Shown: one piece after another, positions 16,907 through 23,933 of the stretch
How positions within the stretch are numbered: the stretch's first letter is position 1
Layout of the letters: each line of letters begins with the position of its first letter
Source of the DNA: Candidatus Micrarchaeota archaeon
GTDB taxonomy: Archaea > Micrarchaeota > Micrarchaeia > Anstonellales > Anstonellaceae
DNA: 25,978 bases
Direction of reading: 5' to 3'
Assembly: GCA_026396335.1 (NCBI GenBank)
Contig: JAPLWZ010000016.1
Coordinates: 1 to 25,978 of the forward strand
Position numbers and translations under genes: made by a program
The notes under the pieces: model-generated
What the model saw: only the letters and a program-made list of their open reading frames with translations
What the model was told of the DNA's origin: nothing
Databases searched by the model: none

Positions 16907-18103
16907 TTACTCCAGCAATTCCTTGTCCAGCCCCATTTCCAGCATTTTCTTCACGAGCAATGCCTTCACTTCTGGGTCCTGAATCAAAACGTTCATCATG
17001 CCGTTCGCCGCCTTGTTGGGGTCGTTGAGCACAAGCCGCTCATCGAAGGGGTTGCCGCACTTGCCACAGAAGGACTGTGTTGGGGAATTTCTCTCCTTGC
17101 AGCGGGAGCATATTTTGATGTCGAGTTTTGGCTCTTTTTCTATTGGCTTGTCCTTCATGGAATACATTTGAAGAAGTGTGGAATCAACGTCCCTGCCGGA
17201 CAAATGAACGTAAGTCGCAGCCATATCGCTGCCCTGCGTCCATCCAAAATATTCCTTCATTTGTGCTTCGGTCAATTTTGAAGCTAACGAGGTTGCTCGG
17301 CTGTGCCTGAACAGGTGAGGATAAATTCTCTTTTTTATGCCGCTTACCTTGCTTGCTCGCCTCAACATGGCGAGTATTGAGGGGTAGGAGCAGGGCACAG
17401 GTTTGTAGCGGGCAAGCCTCGCAGGCCATAAAGGGGCGTCAGGGTTGTCTTTGTCCGGGTGTTCCTGAAGCCATTGCCCCAACACCTGGGCACTTGCAAT
17501 TATCCTTACTCTCCTGCTGCCTGTCTTGCCATTGACAATGAGCACAACTCCGTAATTGTCGAACTGGACGTTCCTGAGCTTGAGATAGAGCAATTCACCT
17601 ATCCTGCATCCTGACTCGTATAATGCCAAAATAAGCGCCTTGTCGCGTGGATTTGTGGTGGAGTTGGCGAGCTTCTGCGTCTCCTCAATTGTCAGCAATT
17701 CCTCAGGCAGCTTGTGCGCCTTGTTGCCAATCTTTGGCTTGAGCCATTTGATTACTTTTGGAAAATCCTCGTCCTTGCCAAGAAGCCACTTGTAGAACAT
17801 TTTGAGGACGACTTTGAAGTCGTAACGGGTGTATTCCGAATAATTTTTGGCGTCAATTTCAGTAACCAGCCGGATTATGTCGGTCTTTGTCGCAGTCGAG
17901 AAATCCTTGTTGAGCCACTGCGCCAGAAAGCGCATGCAATACATGCATTTTACGACGCGAAGTTTGCCCGAGCCTTTCGCAAGTCTCATCCGTGCGAAGT
18001 TCTCAATCTGCTTTTTTGTTTTCGCTGCAAGGGATGAAGCCTTCAGTATGGCTATCGCTTTCTCGAAGTCGGTTTGCGATTTGTACATCACGTATTCGTT
18101 CAT
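16907..18103 (-). CDS. Tyrosine recombinase/integrase with C-terminal zinc ribbon
   Basis: Catalytic residues GCRIGEL (R), KTG (K), HLFRHSR (HxxR), GW, YVH (Y); CSRC...FCGKCG ribbon. Start at MNEYV (18103) is supported by a TATA box 24-31 nt upstream. Confidence 0.93.
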   Translation of the reverse strand: MNEYVMYKSQTDFEKAIAILKASSLAAKTKKQIENFARMRLAKGSGKLRVVKCMYCMRFLAQWLNKDFSTATKTDIIRLVTEIDAKNYSEYTRYDFKVVLKMFYKWLLGKDEDFPKVIKWLKPKIGNKAHKLPEELLTIEETQKLANSTTNPRDKALILALYESGCRIGELLYLKLRNVQFDNYGVVLIVNGKTGSRRVRIIASAQVLGQWLQEHPDKDNPDAPLWPARLARYKPVPCSYPSILAMLRRASKVSGIKKRIYPHLFRHSRATSLASKLTEAQMKEYFGWTQGSDMAATYVHLSGRDVDSTLLQMYSMKDKPIEKEPKLDIKICSRCKERNSPTQSFCGKCGNPFDERLVLNDPNKAANGMMNVLIQDPEVKALLVKKMLEMGLDKELLE

Positions 18104-18126
18104 GATCCCTGTCCTGCTTGACCTTC

Positions 18127-18176
18127 TATATATAGCTTGACGAGACACGCGACGAGGTGCGACTCAGGTGCGTGTC
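18127..18176 (-). promoter_or_regulatory. Integrase promoter (TATATATA, 18127-18134) with upstream inverted and direct repeats
   Basis: TATA at canonical distance; GACACGC (18144-18150)/GCGTGTC (18170-18176) inverted pair enclosing two AGGTGCG copies (18155, 18166). Confidence 0.5.
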
Positions 18177-18210
18177 GAGGTCCAGCGGTAGGACTAGTGC
18201 ATCATACAAG

Positions 18211-18223
18211 GTGCAGGGAGGGA
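18211..18223. repeat. att site overlapping the tRNA-Leu 3' end
   Basis: GTGCAGGGAGGGA, identical to 12897-12909. Confidence 0.8.
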
Positions 18224-18333
18224 GATTCGAACTCCCGAAGACCTAAGTCACCAGATTGCTTACTGCGCAATTGCAATTAAGCAAGAGCGGGATCTTGAGT
18301 CTGGCGCATTAAACCGGGCTCTGCCATCCCTGC
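18212..18333 (-). tRNA. tRNA-Leu(CAA) with a 37-nt intron at position 37/38; CCA not fully encoded
   Basis: GCAGGGA/TCCCTGC acceptor stem, GCA/TGC D stem, CCAGA/TCTGG anticodon stem with loop CT-CAA-G|A, long variable arm GAC-TTAG-GTC, GGGAG-TTCGAAT-CTCCC T arm, discriminator A; 85 nt mature. Confidence 0.93.
18257..18293 (-). other. tRNA intron (37 nt)
   Basis: Removing it restores the 7-nt anticodon loop CUCAAGA; the boundary is ambiguous by 1 nt from sequence alone. Confidence 0.85.
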
Positions 18334-18362
18334 ATGAGAAATGAGAAGCAGAAGGAATATTA

Positions 18363-18407
18363 GGATGGCAGGTATTTCACGAAGTGAAATTTGACTGCCA
18401 TCCCTGC
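18363..18407. repeat. Hairpin containing a 13-bp duplicate of the tRNA 5' end and a 9-nt antisense copy
   Basis: 18395-18407 CTGCCATCCCTGC equals 18321-18333; GGATGGCAG (18363-18371) is its inverted partner; inner stem ATTTCAC-GAA-GTGAAAT (18374-18390). Confidence 0.85.
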
Positions 18408-18452
18408 GTAAAACTAGGAGAAGGATCTGCGTTTAATGGTGGCGGAAATACA

Positions 18453-19019
18453 CTACTTTTTCACTATTTTCAAGAAGTTCGCGTATATTTCGCTTCCGTG
18501 CTCGCTGTACTCCACTTCAGGATGGAACAGGCAGCCGTAAACCGGGCGCGAGAGGGACTTGAATGCGTGGTTGGTGACATCCTTCGAGTGCGCGAGCACC
18601 TTGAAGCCGGGCGTGTCCACCACTTCGTCGTTGTGCGACGCCCATACGCTGAATTTGTCAGGCAGGCCTTCGAAAAGCTCGTCATGGTCGTCTATTATGA
18701 GCTCAACTTTTCCGTATTCGGGGCCTTTTGCAGGCTGCGCCTTGCCGCCGAAGTGCAAGCCAATGAACTGCTGCCCTGCGCAGATGCCCATTATTGGTCC
18801 CTGGAATTTTTCCAGGAACTTGCGCGAGTTTCCCGTCTGCTTTGTGTCGCCCAATCCAATCCTTATCGCGCCGCCTGAGAAGATGAGTGCGTCTGCTGAG
18901 AGAATGTTCTTTACAGGCGTAGTGACCGGAATTATTTGCGACTCCACGTCCAAGTACTTGAGAGTGCGGTGTATGCGGTGCGTCCACTGCGAGCCGAAAT
19001 CAACGATAAGGACTTTCAT
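18453..19019 (-). CDS. guaAA: GMP synthase, glutamine amidotransferase subunit A
   Basis: IVDFGSQWTHRI, GICAGQQ (catalytic Cys), SHNDEV, FHPEV (His-Glu); adjacent to subunit B. Confidence 0.93.
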   Translation of the reverse strand: MKVLIVDFGSQWTHRIHRTLKYLDVESQIIPVTTPVKNILSADALIFSGGAIRIGLGDTKQTGNSRKFLEKFQGPIMGICAGQQFIGLHFGGKAQPAKGPEYGKVELIIDDHDELFEGLPDKFSVWASHNDEVVDTPGFKVLAHSKDVTNHAFKSLSRPVYGCLFHPEVEYSEHGSEIYANFLKIVKK

Positions 19020-19047
19020 AAAAGAATCAGCCTGCGAAACCTTATGT

Positions 19048-20007
19048 TCATTCCCACTCGATTGTGCCGGGCGGCTTGCTTGTGGTGTCGTAAACCACGC
19101 GGTTCACGTGCTCTTTGAGTTCGCGCGTGATGCGTTCTGAAATCCGCTCAAGAACATCCGGAGGAATGCTGCTTGCCTTTGCAGTCATGCCGTCAAAGCT
19201 TTCCACTGCGCGAACTGCAACTGTGTAGCCGTATGCGCGCGCGTCGCCAAGCACGCCGACTGTTTTTATTGGGAGGAGCACTGCGAAGTACTGCCAGGGG
19301 ATTGTCATTTTTCCATCCTTTGCCGCGCGCTCGAGCTCCTCTTCTGTTATCGCGCATGCGGTCCTTACAATTTCTGCCTTTTCAGGAGTTATCTCGCCCA
19401 TTATGCGAACAGCAAGGCCAGGCCCGGGAAACGGCTGCCGGTTGTAAATGTCTTTTGGAAGCAAGAGCGCTTCGCCCACCTTCCTCACTTCGTCCTTGTA
19501 AAGTTCGCGAAGCGGCTCGCAGAGTTTCATGCCCATCTTCACAGGCAACCCGCCCACGTTGTGGTGAGACTTTATTGTTTCGCGCAAGCCGGAGCCTGAC
19601 TCGATCCAGTCGGGCGCAATTGTGCCCTGCACGAGGAATTTTGACTTTTCCTTTTTCGCCTCTATTTCGAATATGTGTATGAAGCGCTCGCCTATTATTT
19701 TGCGCTTTTTTTCAGGCTCAGATACTCCGCGGAGCGCGTAGAAGAAAAGTTTCGAGGCGTCAATCACTTTCACATCCACGCCAGCGCGCGCCATTGCCGC
19801 CTTTACCTGTTTTGCTTCGTCTTTTCTCATCAAGCCAGTATCAACAAATACCGCGGAGATGTTTTTCCCAAGCGCTTTGGCACAGAGTGCTGCCGCGACC
19901 GCAGAGTCGACTCCTCCAGATACTCCGATGATTGCATGCGACTTGCCGACCTGCGCCTTTATGTCGCGTACTGCCTCTGCAATGAACTTGTTTGCATCGA
20001 ATGGCAT
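19048..20007 (-). CDS. guaAB: GMP synthase, ATP pyrophosphatase subunit B
   Basis: SGGVDS PP-loop, VDTGLMR, QGTIAPDWIES, IKSHHNVGG, PFPGPGLAVR, C-terminal KPPGTIEWE. Confidence 0.96.
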   Translation of the reverse strand: MPFDANKFIAEAVRDIKAQVGKSHAIIGVSGGVDSAVAAALCAKALGKNISAVFVDTGLMRKDEAKQVKAAMARAGVDVKVIDASKLFFYALRGVSEPEKKRKIIGERFIHIFEIEAKKEKSKFLVQGTIAPDWIESGSGLRETIKSHHNVGGLPVKMGMKLCEPLRELYKDEVRKVGEALLLPKDIYNRQPFPGPGLAVRIMGEITPEKAEIVRTACAITEEELERAAKDGKMTIPWQYFAVLLPIKTVGVLGDARAYGYTVAVRAVESFDGMTAKASSIPPDVLERISERITRELKEHVNRVVYDTTSKPPGTIEWE

Positions 20008-20028
20008 ATTGTCACCGATCGTATAATT

Positions 20029-21147
20029 TTACTTTTTCTTGTGAGGAGCCGCTTTCTTGTGCGTTGCACCGTGCTGTTCGTGCTTGTGCGTTTCGGAGTG
20101 CGCGTGTTCTGGGTGTGTTTCGTGATGCGCGTGCTTTTTCTTTGCAAGCGCGGGCGCAATTGCTTTTACCCACACTATAAGTATCAGCAAACCAACCAGG
20201 AGCAAGATGAAGAACAGCGTGGCACCTGCGAGAATGACAGAACCACCTTGCTCATTTGGCTGCTGTGATGGCGCGGGGACTGGGAGCTGCGGAGTTACGG
20301 TTGGCACAGGAGTCGGCGCTGGCACCGGGGCTGGCGCCTGTTTGGGAAGAACTGCAGTAGAGGAAGAAAGCTTGCCATAAGTGAATACGTAAAGGCCGCT
20401 TTGCGCCGCGTTTATGCCCGCCTTGCCGCTTGAATCGGTGGGCGGGAGATTGATTTTGCCCGCTGGCGTATCCACAGCCACTATTTCACCTACTAATGGG
20501 GAGCCGCCCTTAGTAAGGGATATTTCAACGAATGATGATTGCTGCACCTGCGCGGGCGCAAAGAGCACTGGCTCGAGCTCTACTGGAACCGCAGTTGCAG
20601 ACATTTTTGCATTCACTTCAACGAATTCAGATAGGGGGAGGTATTCATGTGAAGATATTTTGTCATAACCAGGCGCCTCAAAAACAATGTCATATGCGCC
20701 GTCAGGGAGGCCGTAGAGCGAGAGCACATAGTAGCCGTTTGAGTCAGACGTTACTTTCTTTTGTACGCGATTATTTTGCATTGCGCTTATTGTTGCATTG
20801 GAAAAGTCAGTTGGCCCAATAATTTGCCCATATGCTGTCGCATAGGAAATCTGCTGGCGCTTGGTAAGTGTGACTGCAGTGTCGCCATTTACCTCAATGA
20901 GAGTCACCTGTTTCGGATAGAGGGTGCTTTTCAGGATGGCAAAATAGCTTCCGTTGCTAACGTTGAATTTCACTATTCCATCGTCGCCTGTCCTGCCAGC
21001 AGCTATTTCCACTCCACTCGTCTCAAGCGACACATTTGAGCCCACTGACAGTGTGTCCTGCGTCACCGTGACCTTGATTGAGAGCTGGTATGCGAAACTT
21101 GCCGCAAATAGCATGATTAGGGTCAGGATAACTAAAGAATTTTTCAC
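20029..21147 (-). CDS. Membrane-anchored surface protein with carboxypeptidase-regulatory-like domains and a His-rich cytoplasmic tail
   Basis: GTG start 5 nt after GGTGG; signal peptide; TGDDG/SDSNGYY/TDSSG beta-sandwich motifs; Pro-rich stalk, TM helix, then KKKHAHHETHPEHAHSETHKHEQHGATHKKAAPHKKK. Confidence 0.78.
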   Translation of the reverse strand: MKNSLVILTLIMLFAASFAYQLSIKVTVTQDTLSVGSNVSLETSGVEIAAGRTGDDGIVKFNVSNGSYFAILKSTLYPKQVTLIEVNGDTAVTLTKRQQISYATAYGQIIGPTDFSNATISAMQNNRVQKKVTSDSNGYYVLSLYGLPDGAYDIVFEAPGYDKISSHEYLPLSEFVEVNAKMSATAVPVELEPVLFAPAQVQQSSFVEISLTKGGSPLVGEIVAVDTPAGKINLPPTDSSGKAGINAAQSGLYVFTYGKLSSSTAVLPKQAPAPVPAPTPVPTVTPQLPVPAPSQQPNEQGGSVILAGATLFFILLLVGLLILIVWVKAIAPALAKKKHAHHETHPEHAHSETHKHEQHGATHKKAAPHKKK

Positions 21148-21189
21148 AGGCACCACCTGAAGGGCATTTCCATGCTACAAATAAAAACC

Positions 21190-21853
21190 CTAGTTGTCAC
21201 GCCAGCAGAAAACTGCCGCTTTGCTGACTGTGCCTCCGCTATAGTATGGCACTGTAATAGCAAGGCTGTCCTTGCCAGCTGGTGCGGTGCTGGAGCAGCC
21301 TGAAGAAAGTGCCGCACCTGACGAAAAACACATGCCAGACATTGAGTGCATGTCATCCAACCTTGTTTGCAGGCTGCCGTCTGTAAAAGCCCCGGATTTC
21401 ACAAGCAGGAGCGTTGCATCCGAACAGAGGAAAAAGTCTGGCGCATTATTTTTCGGCTGGGAAAACGCTGGAAGCAATCGGAATTGCTGCCGCCCCTCTC
21501 TTTACCGAAACTTTTGCAAAATGGAATTTTCCCTGTGAAACAGCATCCGAAAGCATTGGCTGCATGAAAGCAGGCTGGATCTTGTTTTCATCAATTTCGC
21601 CAGGAAACACATAATTGTCCGGAGGGTCGCCGCCGGATTTTACTGCTGCATCGTTGAGAATGTAAGATGAAAGGCGAAGCGCTATGTTTGTTTTTGAAAC
21701 GTCTTTTGCGCCCTCTGCTGCAAATGACGCGGCTGAACTCGAAAGGAGCGAGAACATTGCGAAGGACAGCACCACCACCACAATTGCAAATGATGCGTCG
21801 ATTGAGAAAAACGCCCTCGTGCGCTTGTTTTTGTTTTCCTTATGCATCCGCAC
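21190..21853 (-). pseudogene. Pilin-like (class III signal-like) protein, apparently split by a +1 frameshift (21446..21853 plus 21190..21477)
   Basis: N-terminal RA/FFSID (D+5) plus hydrophobic helix. The first frame stops at 21446-21448 while a second frame is open from 21501 to 21190 without a convincing own start. Span 664 nt = 3n+1. Two separate genes cannot be excluded. Confidence 0.55.
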
Positions 21854-22214
21854 TCGCCCCCCCTGTTGAAGTTAGCCGGTCATCCGCGCCAATGCAGTTC
21901 CCGTAGAATACTGCCTCTGAAACAGGAATGCCGCCGCTGGCTTTGATTGCCCCCCTGCCAACTGCCATAGCAATGCCCTGCTTTTGCGGTGCATAAACAG
22001 ACGGGAGCGCAGAACAGGCAGTGTCAAGCGAAAGCGCAGTGTAGGAAAGTTTTGCCTGCTCTGCCGATGCATCGATGGATGATGTGAAGCCGCTGTTGAT
22101 GCTTTGCGCGTGAATGGTGAAAAGGGCGATTGCAGTGAGCAGCACTGAGAATGCAATGAGCGCTTCCAGTGAGCTTTGCCCGCACAGGGATTTTTTGCGA
22201 AGTGAATTGCTCAT
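21840..22214 (-). CDS. Minor pilin-like protein with class III signal peptide
   Basis: RKKSLCG/QSSLE (Q+1, E+5) followed by ALIAFSVLLTAIALF; ATGA overlap with the upstream gene. Confidence 0.8.
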   Translation of the reverse strand: MSNSLRKKSLCGQSSLEALIAFSVLLTAIALFTIHAQSINSGFTSSIDASAEQAKLSYTALSLDTACSALPSVYAPQKQGIAMAVGRGAIKASGGIPVSEAVFYGNCIGADDRLTSTGGASADA

Positions 22215-22822
22215 GCAAAACTCACCCCCAACTTATTCGGAAATACGGTAGCATAGCCGATGTTGCTTTCATGCGAGTAGATGGAAAAGCCGATATTGGA
22301 ATTTGGAATGTACAGCGGTGAGGATATGTCAAGCCGCAGGGCGGATATGTCTGCATGGAAGTAGCTCCTGCATTCCGCACTTGTGATATCGCTTGTGCCT
22401 TCGGGCTTTTCGGCGCGATGCAATTCGTTTTGCATTTTCCAAGATGATTTTTGCAAGGAAGAGCCATCAGAGTACCCGCACCAGAAGGCTATGCTCACGC
22501 CTTGCGATGAAAGTTCTTCCTGGAAAGCGTATGCATTTGCAAAAGCCGCGTCCTCAACGTATTTTTTTTCATCCACGCAGTCAATGCCAGTTTCATAGCA
22601 GCCGCTGACGGCGTTTATTGCCCGGACGCGTGTAAGCCCGGCTCTCGCGGCATCAGCGATGGAATCATAAAATGCGCTTTTGACGGCGAGTTCCTGCAGC
22701 TGAATGTAGCGATACTTTTGGTAAGACTGGTCCTGTGCAACGCTTGAAAGCTGCAATGCCGCTGCCACTATCGCAAGAAGAAAGACGGAAGATAGGACAA
22801 ATGCGAGAAAGCCCTGCTTCAT
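22211..22822 (-). CDS. Pilin-like protein with class III signal-like N-terminus
   Basis: MKQG/FLAFVLSSVFLLAIVAAAL; several Cys; first of three overlapping pilin-like genes. Confidence 0.65.
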   Translation of the reverse strand: MKQGFLAFVLSSVFLLAIVAAALQLSSVAQDQSYQKYRYIQLQELAVKSAFYDSIADAARAGLTRVRAINAVSGCYETGIDCVDEKKYVEDAAFANAYAFQEELSSQGVSIAFWCGYSDGSSLQKSSWKMQNELHRAEKPEGTSDITSAECRSYFHADISALRLDISSPLYIPNSNIGFSIYSHESNIGYATVFPNKLGVSFA

Positions 22823-22837
22823 AAATGTGAAGGATGC

Positions 22838-23878
22838 TCAGGCTATTTCCTCAATCAATTTCACCAGGTAGTTCGCGGTCCTTTCTATGTCATCAACAGA
22901 GCACACTGCCACGTTTGAGTGGATGTAGCGGGTCGGGACGCAGATTGCGATTGAAGGGATGCCTCCGCGCTCGCCGTAAACTGATGCAGCGTCTGTTGCG
23001 CCACCCTCTATTACTTCAAGCTGAGTTGGAATTTTGTGCTTCTTGGAAACGCTTATGCATGACTTTGTGAGCTGCGAGTCCGCGAAATTGCCGCGGCCCC
23101 CCGCCTCAACAATGCAGATCGCCGGCCCCTTGTTCAATTGTATGAGCGATTCGTCCTCGCTCATTTCAGGGTGGTCGCCAGCAATTGATGTGTCTACTGC
23201 TATGAATGATGCGGGTTCGAGGTTGTATGCTGCAATCATCGCGCCTTTTCCGAATGTGGATACTTCCTCTTGAGTGGTGCCGACAAGCACGACATTTCGG
23301 TTCTTCACGCGCTTTGCAATGTCAAGGAGCACGTAACAGCCAACGCGGTTGTCAAGCGCCTTTCCAGTAACCAATTTTCCATTCAGGATTTTTGTGGAAA
23401 GGTCAAATGCTATCGGGTCGCCGATTTTCACGCCCATCTTTTCCGCGTCCTTCTTGTTTTTCGCGCCTATGTCTATGAAGAGGGATTTGTTGTCTATTGC
23501 CATCTTCATGTCCTCTGCCTTTTGCATGTGGATTGGCTTGTTGCCAATTACGCCGTAAATCCTGCCTTTTTCCGTTTCGATGACCACGCGCTGGTTCACA
23601 AGCACCCTGTTGTCTATGCCGCCCACCTTTACGAAGCGCAGGAAGCCCTTGTCGTTTACAAACTTCACGAGCATGCCGATTTCGTCCATGTGCGCGCCTA
23701 GCATCATTGGCTTTTTCTTGCAGCCAGGTGCGCGGGCTATCACATTCCCGAACCTGTCGATTTCTGTTTTGTAGCCCGATTTCTTGAGTTCGGCTGCCAT
23801 GAGTTTCGCTATTTCTTCCTCATGCCCCGGAACGCCGAATGTTTCTGTCAGTTTGCAAAGTAAGTCCATGTCCACCAT
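22838..23878 (-). CDS. M42 family metallo-aminopeptidase (TET-like)
   Basis: GVPGHE, AHMDEIG, GGID, KALDNRVG, QEEV, AVDT, GGATDA, PTRYIHS; GGGGTGA 5 nt before ATG 23878. Confidence 0.93.
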   Translation of the reverse strand: MVDMDLLCKLTETFGVPGHEEEIAKLMAAELKKSGYKTEIDRFGNVIARAPGCKKKPMMLGAHMDEIGMLVKFVNDKGFLRFVKVGGIDNRVLVNQRVVIETEKGRIYGVIGNKPIHMQKAEDMKMAIDNKSLFIDIGAKNKKDAEKMGVKIGDPIAFDLSTKILNGKLVTGKALDNRVGCYVLLDIAKRVKNRNVVLVGTTQEEVSTFGKGAMIAAYNLEPASFIAVDTSIAGDHPEMSEDESLIQLNKGPAICIVEAGGRGNFADSQLTKSCISVSKKHKIPTQLEVIEGGATDAASVYGERGGIPSIAICVPTRYIHSNVAVCSVDDIERTANYLVKLIEEIA

Positions 23879-23933
23879 ATGATTCACCCCTGAATAGTAA
23901 GTAGGGAAACTCGCTTAAGGGTTAAAAACGTGC

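Larger units (their letters stand above)
12897..18223. mobile_element. 5.3-kb tRNA-Leu-integrated element (integrase + type IIG R-M + small membrane protein)
   Basis: 13-bp direct repeats at both ends, one being the tRNA 3' end; tyrosine integrase adjacent to the tRNA; defence cargo; AT-rich internal segments. Confidence 0.82.

Noticed and set aside
16417-16982. + strand ORFs 16417..16659, 16532..16879, 16656..16982
   Set aside because: TTG starts, mutually overlapping, and largely translations of the DNA repeats (LSVKLSV, ERKTERK); no coherent domain, so treated as non-coding.
18260-18270. 9-bp match (ATTGCGCAG) between the tRNA intron and the element's palindrome arms
   Set aside because: Too short to separate from chance without homologous elements, though worth rechecking if the integrase binds that motif.
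16907-18333. SSV1/pNOB8-type split integrase
   Set aside because: The integrase ORF is intact and the att repeats lie outside it.
18384-20268. + strand ORFs opposite guaAA/guaAB (18384..18878, 18559..19140, 19173..19682, 19675..20268)
   Set aside because: Antisense to strongly conserved genes; no recognisable motifs.
21190-21477. Independent fourth pilin (FFLCSDATLLL resembles FFSIDA)
   Set aside because: No proper start in frame and the hydrophobic stretch is too short for a class III signal; better explained as the C-terminal half of 21446..21853.
9807-23887. Longest-ORF starts in the supplied track (9890, 9840, 11423, 15970, 18148, 21156, 23887)
   Set aside because: Downstream starts (9806, 9861, 11501, 15991, 18103, 21147, 23878) fit RBS/TATA spacing, signal peptides or avoid overlaps better.
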